Shown: one piece after another, positions 10,301 to 19,716 of the stretch
How the letters are laid out: every line of letters begins with the position of its first letter
Numbering within the stretch: the stretch's first letter is position 1
Virus record (IMG/VR): IMGVR_UViG_3300021962_000484
Coordinates: 1 to 28,917 of that record
DNA from: a virus
Taxonomy: Duplodnaviria > Caudoviricetes
DNA: 28,917 nt
Reading direction: 5' to 3' (one strand)
Made by a program: the position numbers and the translations under genes
The notes under the pieces: model-generated
Seen by the model: only the letters and a program-made list of their open reading frames with translations
The model's database searches: none
What the model was told of the DNA's origin: nothing

Positions 10301-11454
10301 AAATAATACTCAAAGCCATCAAAGTTTTTAATAACATTAGTTACTTGATCTTGTATAAGACTAACTTCAGTATCTATTGATGATGAATTTGTTAATTCTA
10401 AATCTAAAATACTAGCATTATATTGTTCAATGAGTTGAACTTTATAATAAAAATTTTGAATCCTTTGTTGGGCTGAGGAAAAATGAATAAAATTACTAAA
10501 ATCAGAATAATCAATACTTATATTTAACCCTGAGTCTTCTAAATATGATAGAATTTGGTTATACGATGTTGATAATCCAGTTGTTAGTAAAGTTGTATAA
10601 TCAAGATAATTACTTGAATTATTTATTTTATCTTTAATAGAAAGATCAAAATTAGGACCTTTAATTGATAAACCATTGTCTATTGAAGGTAAAACAGGAT
10701 CTGGGGTGAATGTTATATTAAATGATAAAGTATCAGCTAAAGCTGTTACAAACCATAATGTATTCTTTTCTTGTATTTGACTAGGTACAGCATCATATAA
10801 ATTTATTAAAATTTCATATTGAGGTTTACTAGTATCAACAGCAATATTATTAGCTGCTAAAATAATATTACCTCCAAAATTTAAATAAAACTGCTGGAAT
10901 CCATCAATAACCCCATTATTAGTACTACTATTAGGTACATTTTCATCAGAATTAGGATTAGAATTACTACTAAAATTAAAACTATATAATTTAATTTTAA
11001 AAGCATCAACTGCCGCGGCTAAAGCTAAATTTGGGGTTGAATCTGTTGAAATTACTCTTATTTCTGTCCTATCTGATGATATTTCTTTGACAAAGAATTG
11101 AGGATTTTGATTTGATGAGTTTAATTCTAATTGAAAAAAATTATAAATGACATTAAATTCACCTGTAGTAAAGTTTTTACTTTGTAAGTCAGAAACAGGA
11201 TCAATATCTATTTCTTGAATTATTAAACCACTATCATCTGGTGATGATAAATTAGTTAATTTATAATTAGTATAATCACTATCAGTAATATTAAATACTC
11301 CATTTACTGATGAAACAGTATATTCAATATAATGATCAGGATTATTTGGAGAAAACTGAGTAAATGTATCATTAGTAGCTACTAAATTAGCATCTAAAGG
11401 TCTTAGAGTTGCTACTGATAATGGTGAGGTGGTATTAATAAGATTAACAGCCAT
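7324..11454 (-). CDS. Large baseplate wedge protein (P2 gpI/T4 gp7-like motif) with internal LamG/concanavalin-like domain
   Basis: YKRLYHNLPLLLKQKGTISGLRNLINIYG matches the KGT..G/A motif of gpI-type wedge proteins; WWSVMVTR...LVLY...FTGNLQEIRYW is LamG-like; downstream of gp6/gp25-like genes. Confidence 0.6.
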   Translation of the reverse strand: MAVNLINTTSPLSVATLRPLDANLVATNDTFTQFSPNNPDHYIEYTVSSVNGVFNITDSDYTNYKLTNLSSPDDSGLIIQEIDIDPVSDLQSKNFTTGEFNVIYNFFQLELNSSNQNPQFFVKEISSDRTEIRVISTDSTPNLALAAAVDAFKIKLYSFNFSSNSNPNSDENVPNSSTNNGVIDGFQQFYLNFGGNIILAANNIAVDTSKPQYEILINLYDAVPSQIQEKNTLWFVTALADTLSFNITFTPDPVLPSIDNGLSIKGPNFDLSIKDKINNSSNYLDYTTLLTTGLSTSYNQILSYLEDSGLNISIDYSDFSNFIHFSSAQQRIQNFYYKVQLIEQYNASILDLELTNSSSIDTEVSLIQDQVTNVIKNFDGFEYYLYYTSGSNAYPKGTTAPPYDPVSTVSAEGLAWYNEQTALALDYDQNNKDNLINTIPSYLAEDPQNAPYSTFVSMIGQHYDNIWLYYQDVTNRYNGDNRLNFGVSKDLVADALRSFGLKIYQNNFTTNNLYDAFIGYDIVPSASFSSSVDGNVYASSSYIVEYPDVGYFLDDIAYYPGDPNELITNFISASQAALFTPVDDINKEIYKRLYHNLPLLLKQKGTISGLRNLINIYGIPDSILRISEFGGRDKDTSTYDYFHETFNYSAQTGSASPLTIGSPWDLNNNWNALDDVPSTLQFRFKTNETPTSNTPFKQGIWYLSNGPIVSAIVLKYTGSGYNTSSYSYPDSGSNYSPEWQYAQLSLVPNIATAPNTSASVYLPFYDNNWWSVMVTRVGSNLVLYAGNKLEYNGYDGNQIGFLATASIAKGIAWTLAGSTSYFFDSNPALSNYDTFTGNLQEIRYWSTNQTLNSFKDFIMNPNSIDIANSEDEDYADRLAFRIPLGSDLNLNTSSFTGLNSIHPKISGSWIYGTTQSFASDSTLFISDGSIKFVPNNETFFLNSPIAGLKNRVTDKIQIVSSSYPSINLEYTQSGNTLSQYVNIQQQYPSQGSETPDVNALEVAFSPTNEIDDDIIASLGYFNIGEYIGDPRQVSSSATSYPDLNRIRDTYFQKYFASYNLYDYIRLIKFFDNSLFKMIKDFVPARTNLRSGVVIKQHLLERNKYPQPQVVGENVIYTGSIDIAFITGSTGGTFNEFNKLTTLNNYPFLAQKINFQVLGNTYKNYLSGSGASNIITFYPNSQVDWNEYGELITYFEGDIVLYTEGLDISGTDLVLKVSSSIQGNVFEQNIDSYWSLPITTHCSYGEKFSLWFRDNVSANNIAYANFGLQSVEYSQQTWLESVLGPTGSFQLLHNDQSEFYDGELPGTTIEVSNGELNEANIFKYPSTLEINYNIVFYKSSITSLNNFTNIQTSPNQGEIYLWYDTGSYINPAPINEK

Positions 11455-11463
11455 TTAATATTT

Positions 11464-11844
11464 TTATAATGATAAGTTAAAACTAGATGTTGTGGGTATA
11501 TTATTTAAACTAGATGAAAGCTGTAAATTAAGTATAGTCTCATTAGCATTTAATAGTTCTTGTCTTAAAGTAGTTATTTCATCTAACAAAAGTTGGGTGT
11601 TTTCATCTATTTGACTTGGTTGGACATAATTACTACTTTTTTGAATTAAATACTCATGTGAATTAATAACCCCACTAGCTGGTATATTGTAAAATAAATC
11701 ATCATATATTTTAAAAAATTCACTAACACTAATAGTACTTATCAGTGGTGGTGGTGGATTAAATTCTTGTGAGAATGAAGTATCAATTGCTTTTTCATAA
11801 GAATTAGCATTAAAAATAGTTTTATTTAGAATAAATTTAGCCAT
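11464..11844 (-). CDS. Hypothetical structural protein with C-terminal coiled coil
   Basis: 126 aa; LLDEITTLRQELLNANETILNL heptad pattern; overlaps the upstream gene by 8 nt. Confidence 0.6.
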   Translation of the reverse strand: MAKFILNKTIFNANSYEKAIDTSFSQEFNPPPPLISTISVSEFFKIYDDLFYNIPASGVINSHEYLIQKSSNYVQPSQIDENTQLLLDEITTLRQELLNANETILNLQLSSSLNNIPTTSSFNLSL

Positions 11845-12961
11845 TTACTACTTTAAAATGATATTTACTATCAAAAATTATTGTTGATCCATCAATAATA
11901 GATTTAATTAAAACTGTGTAATACCTTTCAGGTTCTAAACCATTCATATATAGGGTAAAATAACTACTTTGATTATCAGCACTTAATTGAGTGAATTGAT
12001 CATCAAAATCAATAACAATTTCATTAGTGTCTAAGTCTTTTATAGAATAAAATGAAGAAGTAGGTAAATAGTAGTTTTTAGTATAGATTGATGAAGTTTG
12101 AAATTCTCTAGTTGGGTATGTTGGTCTACTATTAACTCTAAATTTGTTTACACTTTCAGGATAAAATACTCCAGGATTTTCAGATAATGAAATTGTAGCT
12201 ATTTGAGTATCTAATATAGTAAAAGTTGAAGAGCCAGTATTCCAAGTGTAATCTCTCCATTTGAATTCTAATTGAGGTGGATATATAGTGTTAGTATCTC
12301 TAGAGAAATATTTCATCCCTATTTGATAGGCATCATTATTTATAAATTCAACAGCTTGTTTAGCTATTAAACCGTTATTAACTATTGATCCACTATGCCA
12401 TGCTTTAACCATATTAGTGATATCAACATTAATATCACCATCAGAAAAATAATCAAAACTTTGAGTTGAATAAATTGGTAATACTGTTGAATTAGAAGAA
12501 CTATAATACCATGTTCCTCCCCCTAATGTATTACTATATGATCCAGTTGTGTTAGCTGGGAACCCACTTGTTGTCCATGCTCCACTTCCTGAGTAAAGTT
12601 TCCATGTCCAGCTAACTCCATTAGTCATCTCAGGATTAAAATTATATTTTCCTGTTCCCATATTCCAAGAATCTGAAATAGGGTAAAATTCTAAAGTAGT
12701 AGTTGAATTTAATCCTTCTATATTAGCTCTAAATCCTCTAAAATATGCTTTCCAGATTGAAGATGAGATTTTAGTATTGAGAATATTATTTATTTCATCA
12801 TTATCAAATTGAATTAAAAATCTACTAGTTTGAGGGTAAGAAGATAATGTGTCAATTATAAATGTAGATGTCTCTAATATTTCATCTAGTCCTGTGTTTT
12901 TACTAGGATATTGGGAATATATAGTAGCGTCTTTACTAGGGAAAATTTTATAAACAGCCAT
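11837..12961 (-). CDS. DNRLRE/disaggregatase-like beta-sandwich virion protein
   Basis: KDATIYS..P..N.G, SRFLIQFD, DITNMVKAW...NNGL, FSRD...PQLE pattern characteristic of DNRLRE/CBM96-like domains. Confidence 0.6.
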   Translation of the reverse strand: MAVYKIFPSKDATIYSQYPSKNTGLDEILETSTFIIDTLSSYPQTSRFLIQFDNDEINNILNTKISSSIWKAYFRGFRANIEGLNSTTTLEFYPISDSWNMGTGKYNFNPEMTNGVSWTWKLYSGSGAWTTSGFPANTTGSYSNTLGGGTWYYSSSNSTVLPIYSTQSFDYFSDGDINVDITNMVKAWHSGSIVNNGLIAKQAVEFINNDAYQIGMKYFSRDTNTIYPPQLEFKWRDYTWNTGSSTFTILDTQIATISLSENPGVFYPESVNKFRVNSRPTYPTREFQTSSIYTKNYYLPTSSFYSIKDLDTNEIVIDFDDQFTQLSADNQSSYFTLYMNGLEPERYYTVLIKSIIDGSTIIFDSKYHFKVVNG

Positions 12962-12969
12962 TTTTTATT

Positions 12970-12977
12970 ATAAATAT
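12970..12977 (-). promoter_or_regulatory. Candidate late promoter ATATTTAT
   Basis: ATATTTATAATAAAAAAATG in a 22-nt intergenic gap. Confidence 0.5.
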
Positions 12978-12983
12978 AAAATA

Positions 12984-14861
12984 TTATAAAGGTACTACAC
13001 GTCCTTTAATATCAACATCAGGGTATTTAACTTCAAAAATCATTGGATCTAATGAAGGATACACAACATTATTTTGAGTAGCTCCTCTAATATCATAAGC
13101 ATAGTCAGAATATCCAAATTCATTTCCTATTTTATTAATTATATTAACTTGTTTAACAGTCTGGACACCAGCTACTTTATCTAACATGACATAAAGATCT
13201 CTTAGCATAATTGGTTCATTTATTAACCATTTATCTATAACAAAATATTCTTTTAACTGTTGGATACAGTTAAAAATAACTTCATTATTATTATACTCTG
13301 GAAAGACAATTATATCAAATTCTATACCTATATTAATAATAAAGGCATCTTTAATTTTAATAGAGTCATTAATAACTCTATATTGTGATAAATATGTTGA
13401 TAAATTTTGTTTTAAAGCGGAAGCAGCTTGGGTTAATTTTTTATTATTATCAAAAGCCAAAACATATAAATTTAAAACTGAAGGGGTTTCTCCAGGTAAA
13501 ATATTTTCTAATTTTTGAGTTTCTATATAAGCTTTAGCTACAGATCCATATTGAGGAGGTAAACTTAAAGCTCTAACTAAGTAATCATCTTGAGTAACAG
13601 TTCTTAATTGAGTAGCAAAAGTAGATAAAGTATTAAATCTAATATCATCACTTGTATCAGCTCCTGCTCCTCCAGAAGCGGCATTTAAATTTGAGACCGC
13701 TAATGAATTATATATATTTTGAGATAAAACCGGGTCTAAATTTGTATTTTGGAATTTTACATTTGTTGGTTTATTATTTACATTAAGTAAAGTGTTAGCG
13801 GGGGCATTAGCTACTATTCCACCACCTGTTAAATATCTAATTGTTAAAGTTGTATTTGATGGAGATATACCATAAGTATCTGTGTATAAGAAATTAGCTG
13901 GGGAGAAAGCTGTAGTTAATAATGATCTTCTATTTGGTAATCCTATACCTATATTTTCTGGGTTAGGGATAATTTCTTCTTCATTATTTTGAGTATTAGT
14001 TCCAGCTCCAAATTGGATTTGTAAATTTGTAGGGGATGTAAAACGAGTAACAAATCTACGAGGTACTTTTTTTAATTGTAATAAATAAGGTACTTCTCCT
14101 TGATCTTGATAATTATTAGGATCATTAGGATTAGTATTTTTTATAGTGTCATATATAGTTTCTTGAGCTAAATATGGTACTTCATACCACTCATTACCAT
14201 CACTATCAATTATATCTAATATCTGAATTATATTAGCGTCAACAATATTAATGGTTTGGAAACGTTCAGGAGATCCAAAATCAAATGTTTTGGTCTGTAT
14301 ATTAGCTGATATTGCTTTTCGAGTTTTTTTAAGTAAAAAATAATCAGGTACACCTGTTGAAGCATTAACAGAATATATTGATGCTTCAGTTGGGTCTAAA
14401 GAACTAGAATAAGAAAAATCTATAGGATCTTGTATTAAAAAATTAGATCCACCAACTAAAGTTGATGATATTTCTAAATTTTCCTTTATAAATAAAGAAT
14501 AACTATAATCAGGTATATATTGGTCACCTACAAGTAATGATGGTACTTGTTGATATAAAGTAATATCTACTGTAGCTGCTGTTGTCACTTTAGGTCTATA
14601 ACCTAACATGTATGCTAAAGTATATAAATTATTTTGCTGACGAGTGAATTGTATAAAATTTTCTTGAATTTGATTATCAAGATAAAATGATAAAACATCA
14701 CCTACATAAGCTGACATCTCCATAAATAACATCCCAGGGGATGATGGAGAAAAATCACTATAAGTATTTGGGAAATAAGTTTTAGTGTACTCAATCAAAG
14801 CTGATCTAAAGTCACTAAAATTTTTATTTATGTATTTTATATCTCTATTTTCAGTAGCCAT
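12984..14861 (-). CDS. Baseplate wedge subunit (T4 gp6 / baseplate J-like)
   Basis: YSDFSPSSPGMLFMEMSAYVGDVLSFYLD, LAYMLGYRP, IQFGAG, YLTGGG..AN, ASGGAGADT...R, RTVTQDDY: the canonical gp6/J motif series. Confidence 0.9.
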   Translation of the reverse strand: MATENRDIKYINKNFSDFRSALIEYTKTYFPNTYSDFSPSSPGMLFMEMSAYVGDVLSFYLDNQIQENFIQFTRQQNNLYTLAYMLGYRPKVTTAATVDITLYQQVPSLLVGDQYIPDYSYSLFIKENLEISSTLVGGSNFLIQDPIDFSYSSSLDPTEASIYSVNASTGVPDYFLLKKTRKAISANIQTKTFDFGSPERFQTINIVDANIIQILDIIDSDGNEWYEVPYLAQETIYDTIKNTNPNDPNNYQDQGEVPYLLQLKKVPRRFVTRFTSPTNLQIQFGAGTNTQNNEEEIIPNPENIGIGLPNRRSLLTTAFSPANFLYTDTYGISPSNTTLTIRYLTGGGIVANAPANTLLNVNNKPTNVKFQNTNLDPVLSQNIYNSLAVSNLNAASGGAGADTSDDIRFNTLSTFATQLRTVTQDDYLVRALSLPPQYGSVAKAYIETQKLENILPGETPSVLNLYVLAFDNNKKLTQAASALKQNLSTYLSQYRVINDSIKIKDAFIINIGIEFDIIVFPEYNNNEVIFNCIQQLKEYFVIDKWLINEPIMLRDLYVMLDKVAGVQTVKQVNIINKIGNEFGYSDYAYDIRGATQNNVVYPSLDPMIFEVKYPDVDIKGRVVPL

Positions 14862-14864
14862 TTA

Positions 14865-15266
14865 TTAAAATGTTATTTGAATATTTTGGGTGATACTATT
14901 ATATAAAACATAATTAATATTTAATTGTACAGCATATTCTTGATTAGCTTGAGACAATGTAACACTTGTAACTTTAACAACTGGAAAGTTACTTTCTATG
15001 TCATTAGCTATTTTAGGTTCTAATGCTTTTAAATTTGATTCAGTAATTCCTTCAAATAAAATTTGTCTTAGATTAGACCCAAAATTAGGTTGATATACTC
15101 TTTCATCATAATCAGTTAAAAGAAAATTTATAATATTAGATCTTATTTGAGTATTAGTGTCATAGGTTGAATTAAATACCGCAGATCCATTAAATGGTAT
15201 AGACACACCTAAAGCTGAGTTAGGGTCTAAATCTACAGGGTTTATAGGGGGTAATTGTGTTGGCAT
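14865..15266 (-). CDS. Baseplate wedge / sheath initiator, gp25 (GPW)-like
   Basis: IRSNIINFLLTDYDERVYQPNFGSNLRQILFE is the gp25/GPW signature; adjacent to the gp6-like gene. Confidence 0.9.
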   Translation of the reverse strand: MPTQLPPINPVDLDPNSALGVSIPFNGSAVFNSTYDTNTQIRSNIINFLLTDYDERVYQPNFGSNLRQILFEGITESNLKALEPKIANDIESNFPVVKVTSVTLSQANQEYAVQLNINYVLYNSITQNIQITF

Positions 15267-15640
15267 TATTTAATACTCATTAATCCCATTATTTGATCTA
15301 AACTTACTTCACCACCAGGCAAACTTGAACCTTCACCTGCTGTATTAATAGGAGGAGGAGTGTATGCTGGTTGAGCATGAGATGAATTCATTGAAATTGT
15401 AGTATCAAATTCACCACCAATCATAGCTCGCAAATTACGTTTAATATCTGGGGTTATGTTGGTTGATGTTGATGGGGTTACCATTACAGGTTGGTTTAAG
15501 AATGGGTTAGTTCCAGTATATGTTTCACTTACTACAGTTTTAGGAGAGCGTACTGCTTCAAGAAGTATATCTTTAATTTCTTCTTGAATTGCTTCACGAA
15601 CTGCTTCTTTAATTAACTTTTTTAAAATATCTGTTTTCAT
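15266..15640 (-). CDS. Hypothetical protein
   Basis: 124 aa with N-terminal helix LKKLIKEAVREAIQEE; preceded by ATATTTAT; 1-nt overlap with the gp25-like gene. Confidence 0.65.
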   Translation of the reverse strand: MKTDILKKLIKEAVREAIQEEIKDILLEAVRSPKTVVSETYTGTNPFLNQPVMVTPSTSTNITPDIKRNLRAMIGGEFDTTISMNSSHAQPAYTPPPINTAGEGSSLPGGEVSLDQIMGLMSIK

Positions 15641-15644
15641 AATT

Positions 15645-15652
15645 ATAAATAT
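15645..15652 (-). promoter_or_regulatory. Candidate late promoter ATATTTAT
   Basis: ATATTTATAATTATG in a 16-nt intergenic gap. Confidence 0.5.
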
Positions 15653-15656
15653 TAAA

Positions 15657-17993
15657 TTATTCAGGTGTTATATTAGGATTTGAATCTATAATGAATTTTA
15701 ATTGACTTATTAGTACTTGTGGGTCTGAAGCAAAAGATAAATCTGTTTTTAAAACAGGAACTCCTTGTTTATTTAATGCTTGAGCATAACGTCGTGGGTA
15801 TGGAGTTTTGTTTACTTCATCTAATTTAAGTTCAAGTTTAAATCCTTTATAATTATTATTATTTTGAGTATTGCTTATAACTCTACTATTACTTATTCCT
15901 GTTGATTCATTAACAAAATCATTTAAATCATTATTAATTAGTTCAAAAGATACATTTTGATCTTTAGCACAATATTGTGTGATAACATCTAAAGTATTTA
16001 AAAGTCTTAAAATAATACCCATCACAGTACCTAGTGAAGATGACGCTATAGTGACTATATCAATAATTCCTTGAGATATTTCTAAAGTTTTAAAAATTGC
16101 TTCTTTAGTTGAACCTATTTTAGCGATAGCTCCAGCTGTTAATGGAGGTAATCCAAGAGGTGGGACACCTGTAGCTGGGTATGGGATAGTTTCAATTATT
16201 TGAATACCTATTTTAAGACTTGTTATAATTTTATTAGAAATACCTAAAATTTTATTTAAAGTATTAATTTGATTATATACATTGTTTACTTGTTTGACAA
16301 GATTATTTCTTAGATTTATTAATTCAATTATTGTGGCGCTTGGAGGACAATTAATTAAATTTGTTAATTGATTTAAAGGTAAATTTTTTAACACAGCTTG
16401 CATTAAAGCTGGGCCATATGCTGCTATTAATTTTAAAACAAAAGGTGTTAATAATCTTTTAAGATCTTCTTTTTTTACATTTAAAGTATTAGTTATATAA
16501 TTAACTTTATCAATTTTATTTACTAAACTTTTTTCTATTTGTTCACTTTCACTTTCATTCATCTCAGTGATCAATTGATCACTAGCTGATTTTACAGGGT
16601 CTGGAGCTGGGGATAAGGTAAGTTGAGGTATATTATACATACTAGAACCACTATCTGATGGTAGAATTGTATCAATACTAATTGGATTATACCCATCAGT
16701 AAAAATTGATACATTTGTACCAACATTAGAAATTATTTCATTACTAGTAGCAATCCATTTACCATCTTTATCTGTTTTAACAATTGTTTGATCAGATGTT
16801 ATTTTACCTTTATCTGTTAATGGTATATTTAATTCTCTTTCATACTCATCTCCTTTTTCATACCAAGCTTTTTTTAAAGCTTCACTATTTATATAAGGTT
16901 GAGGAGGTACATCTACTCTATAGAGAACACTTTTTGGATAACCAGGTTGTTTTCTTTTATCATTATATTCAGGATACTTACCTAAAAGCCATACTCTAAA
17001 AGCATTACTTTCAGATGTATCAACAAAAGGAGTATTTGGGTATTTATTAGTTGTAATAGTAACTGTAGTATCAGGTACTGGATTGCTATTATTGTCTATT
17101 ACTTTTCCTTCAATGGTAGAAGCAGGGGGTTCTTTTTCATTAAGATCTACAATATCTCTATACGGTTGTTGAGTATATTGAGTGACAGTGTCTCCTCCTG
17201 TTATGTTCACCACAGTAGTATTAGTAGTTACTGCTGTCTTATTATCAGATGGAGTAGCATTAACACTAGAATTATCACCACTAAAAGCTTTTCCTTCTTT
17301 ATAAACATCTTTAGGATTTAATGCTTTTCTTAATTTTATAGAAGCTTGAATAAATTCTGCTGATTGGATTCGAGCATGATCTCTTTTATAATATGAAGAT
17401 CCTTTAGGTCTTCTTGTCCCTTCATGATTTTTGGTGTCATAAGGTACACCTATAGAAGACCATACAGAAGAACAAGCTAGTTGGAATGCTAATATTGATT
17501 CTTCATTGAATGGCATCTCACCAGAAAGAAATTTTGAACCTATTCGTTGTTTAGCGTAATTTTTACCATTTGGGTCTGTAGAGTATTTTGTTAAATTACC
17601 ACCAGCTTTAAGTACAAGATTTATACCAATTAAATTTTGATTAAACTCACTATATACATCACTTGTTTTAAGGCCAGCATCTTCAGCCATACCTTTTAAA
17701 TACTTAGTTAAACATTGATATCTACCTGTAGCGTGAAGTGAATATGGATTAGACATATTAATAACTTCATCTATAGTATAGAGTTCTAATTTTTTAGGAA
17801 GAAAAGTATTTGTACTACTACTTCTATATTTTCCATATTTTTCTTGCCAATAACAACTATAGGTGTTTCCTGTGTATCCTTTAGGTCCATTATAATCAGA
17901 ATAAGTACCAGCTTCTCCAGCTAAGCAAACATTTATCCATTCTAAAAAAGCTTTAATTTTTTCAGGACTTTTAGATATTTCTTGAATTGTCAT
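15657..17993 (-). CDS. Virion-associated peptidoglycan hydrolase fusion: N-terminal lambda-R/GH104-like muramidase, carboxypeptidase-regulatory-like beta domain, helical C-terminus
   Basis: GEAG (candidate catalytic Glu), TIDEV, ATGRYQ, YSEFNQ, SSVWSSI follow the lambda-lysozyme-like pattern; IEGKVID..SNPVPDTTV...TDKDGKW; amphipathic/hydrophobic C-terminal helices; adjacent to the spike gene. Confidence 0.7.
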   Translation of the reverse strand: MTIQEISKSPEKIKAFLEWINVCLAGEAGTYSDYNGPKGYTGNTYSCYWQEKYGKYRSSSTNTFLPKKLELYTIDEVINMSNPYSLHATGRYQCLTKYLKGMAEDAGLKTSDVYSEFNQNLIGINLVLKAGGNLTKYSTDPNGKNYAKQRIGSKFLSGEMPFNEESILAFQLACSSVWSSIGVPYDTKNHEGTRRPKGSSYYKRDHARIQSAEFIQASIKLRKALNPKDVYKEGKAFSGDNSSVNATPSDNKTAVTTNTTVVNITGGDTVTQYTQQPYRDIVDLNEKEPPASTIEGKVIDNNSNPVPDTTVTITTNKYPNTPFVDTSESNAFRVWLLGKYPEYNDKRKQPGYPKSVLYRVDVPPQPYINSEALKKAWYEKGDEYERELNIPLTDKGKITSDQTIVKTDKDGKWIATSNEIISNVGTNVSIFTDGYNPISIDTILPSDSGSSMYNIPQLTLSPAPDPVKSASDQLITEMNESESEQIEKSLVNKIDKVNYITNTLNVKKEDLKRLLTPFVLKLIAAYGPALMQAVLKNLPLNQLTNLINCPPSATIIELINLRNNLVKQVNNVYNQINTLNKILGISNKIITSLKIGIQIIETIPYPATGVPPLGLPPLTAGAIAKIGSTKEAIFKTLEISQGIIDIVTIASSSLGTVMGIILRLLNTLDVITQYCAKDQNVSFELINNDLNDFVNESTGISNSRVISNTQNNNNYKGFKLELKLDEVNKTPYPRRYAQALNKQGVPVLKTDLSFASDPQVLISQLKFIIDSNPNITPE

Positions 17994-18000
17994 AGTACTT

Positions 18001-19347
18001 TTATTTAGTTTTAACTATATTTGAAAGCATACCACCAGTACTTGTTCCTCTATCAATGTTATTTATAACATCATCACATGTAGCTCGAAGTATAGGACCA
18101 ATAGTATTTAAAGAAGGAATAGAAACATATTTTGTTAATTTTGTCACAGGGTCTATAGTAGGGACTGAAGCGTTTTCTAAAGTTACAGATAATATTTTTA
18201 ATGTTGTTAATAAATTTCTTAAATTATCCATCAAATTTTCTCCTAACACAACAGATTGTATATCAATTCCCTCAACTCCATCAGCTGAGCCTAAATAAAC
18301 TTTACTAGATGCTAATTCAATTTCTGTTAAAGCTTCAAGATTAATAGATGTGTTAGCTTTAGCTCCAATACTGTTTGCTGATGTAAGAATAATAGAGTCA
18401 TTTTTTGTATTAAAAAATAATCTTCCTGAGTTGAGTATTATTTGATTTCCTTCAAATAAGTTTGGAGGAGTAGGTGGAGAAGATGCTTTATATGAATTGC
18501 TAAAATAAGTTGATGGTTTAAGTTTAATTTGTTGTGTTGAAGTTAAATATATAGATGATTGATCTAAATTTATATCTTCAACTGTTGGGACCCATGATTC
18601 TGCGGTACCTGTGACAGACTTAGTACCCTGTCCATTTCTTAAAATAAGAATAGGACTTCCATTATCTCCAGTATCAGACCAAGTATTAAATATATAACTA
18701 TTTCTAACTGTTGATCCTAATCTTATAGAATTACCAAATCTACCCTCATATACAATATCACCTTCAAATGGTAAAAGAGGTTGGTTATTTATAATATTAG
18801 GCTCTACAATTGTATTTCCTAAATCAATATCTGTACTTGAATCAGTAACTCGTCTTAAAGATCCAGATTCGGCTGCTACGTAATCTGAGGATGTTGGGGG
18901 TTTATTTGTTTCTTCCTCTAACTGTGAAGGAGATGGTAAAGCATTATGTACTTGACTATTCCATATATTAATTGGAGGTAAATAATAGTTAACTGTTGAT
19001 ACTCCACCTTTATTATTAGCATCAGCATCAATTAATTGTACTATAGAGACTATTTCTTCTTTTAAAGGATAATGTTTTATATTAGGAAAAAGAGGATAAG
19101 CTATAGCTAATTCACTAGAAATAGCTGGGTTGGGGTTTATGTCATCAACTATAGGAATAACAAAAACAATACCTATACTATTCCATTCACCATACTTTTT
19201 AAAATCTGGGTGAGAATCATCTAAGATTATATCTTTAACTCTATAAGATGATAAACCTGTAGCTGCGTTTAAACTAGATTGTAAATTAAGTGAAGGAGCA
19301 GAATTTTTTAAGGTTGAATTATAACCATATTTAATATTAACTGCCAT
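18001..19347 (-). CDS. Baseplate central spike / gp5-gpV-like protein
   Basis: N-terminal OB-fold-like AYPL...HYPLKEEIV, then EGDIVYEGRFGNSIRLG, beta-helix-like QIILNSGRLFFN...IILTS...INLEA, and VYLG...VVLGENL; position in the baseplate module. Confidence 0.65.
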   Translation of the reverse strand: MAVNIKYGYNSTLKNSAPSLNLQSSLNAATGLSSYRVKDIILDDSHPDFKKYGEWNSIGIVFVIPIVDDINPNPAISSELAIAYPLFPNIKHYPLKEEIVSIVQLIDADANNKGGVSTVNYYLPPINIWNSQVHNALPSPSQLEEETNKPPTSSDYVAAESGSLRRVTDSSTDIDLGNTIVEPNIINNQPLLPFEGDIVYEGRFGNSIRLGSTVRNSYIFNTWSDTGDNGSPILILRNGQGTKSVTGTAESWVPTVEDINLDQSSIYLTSTQQIKLKPSTYFSNSYKASSPPTPPNLFEGNQIILNSGRLFFNTKNDSIILTSANSIGAKANTSINLEALTEIELASSKVYLGSADGVEGIDIQSVVLGENLMDNLRNLLTTLKILSVTLENASVPTIDPVTKLTKYVSIPSLNTIGPILRATCDDVINNIDRGTSTGGMLSNIVKTK

Positions 19348-19688
19348 TACTTATCTTCCTCTTTAAATTTATCTATCTCAGCTAATAATTGGGCTTTTTC
19401 TTCTTCAGATATACCAAATCCACTTTCAGCGGTCCCATTATTACTTATAATACGCTGGATAATAGTGGCCATTTTAATTAATTGTTCATCATTTTTAACT
19501 CCTATTTCTAGGTATTCTTTAATTAAAGGAACAATTAAAGTGGCATCTCCTATTTCATTTACTAGTGGCTTTAATTCTGCTATTAGAGCAGAGATTTGTT
19601 TTTCTTTTTTCTTTTGATTATTGTATATCTCTTCTAATATGTCAGAAAATTTTTTACCACCAAACACTATATTATCTAATCCATTCAT
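19347..19688 (-). CDS. Hypothetical helical protein
   Basis: 113-aa ORF, translationally coupled to the spike gene, preceded by ATATTTAT at 19704-19711. Confidence 0.65.
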   Translation of the reverse strand: MNGLDNIVFGGKKFSDILEEIYNNQKKKEKQISALIAELKPLVNEIGDATLIVPLIKEYLEIGVKNDEQLIKMATIIQRIISNNGTAESGFGISEEEKAQLLAEIDKFKEEDK

Positions 19689-19716
19689 GATAATTGTTTA
19701 GCAATAAATATAAAAA

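Noticed and set aside
4780-11454. Readthrough fusion of the in-frame 1376, 331 and 508-aa ORFs
   Set aside because: Each junction has two in-frame TAA stops and a normal A-rich start context. An ancestral single gene is possible but cannot be shown from this window.
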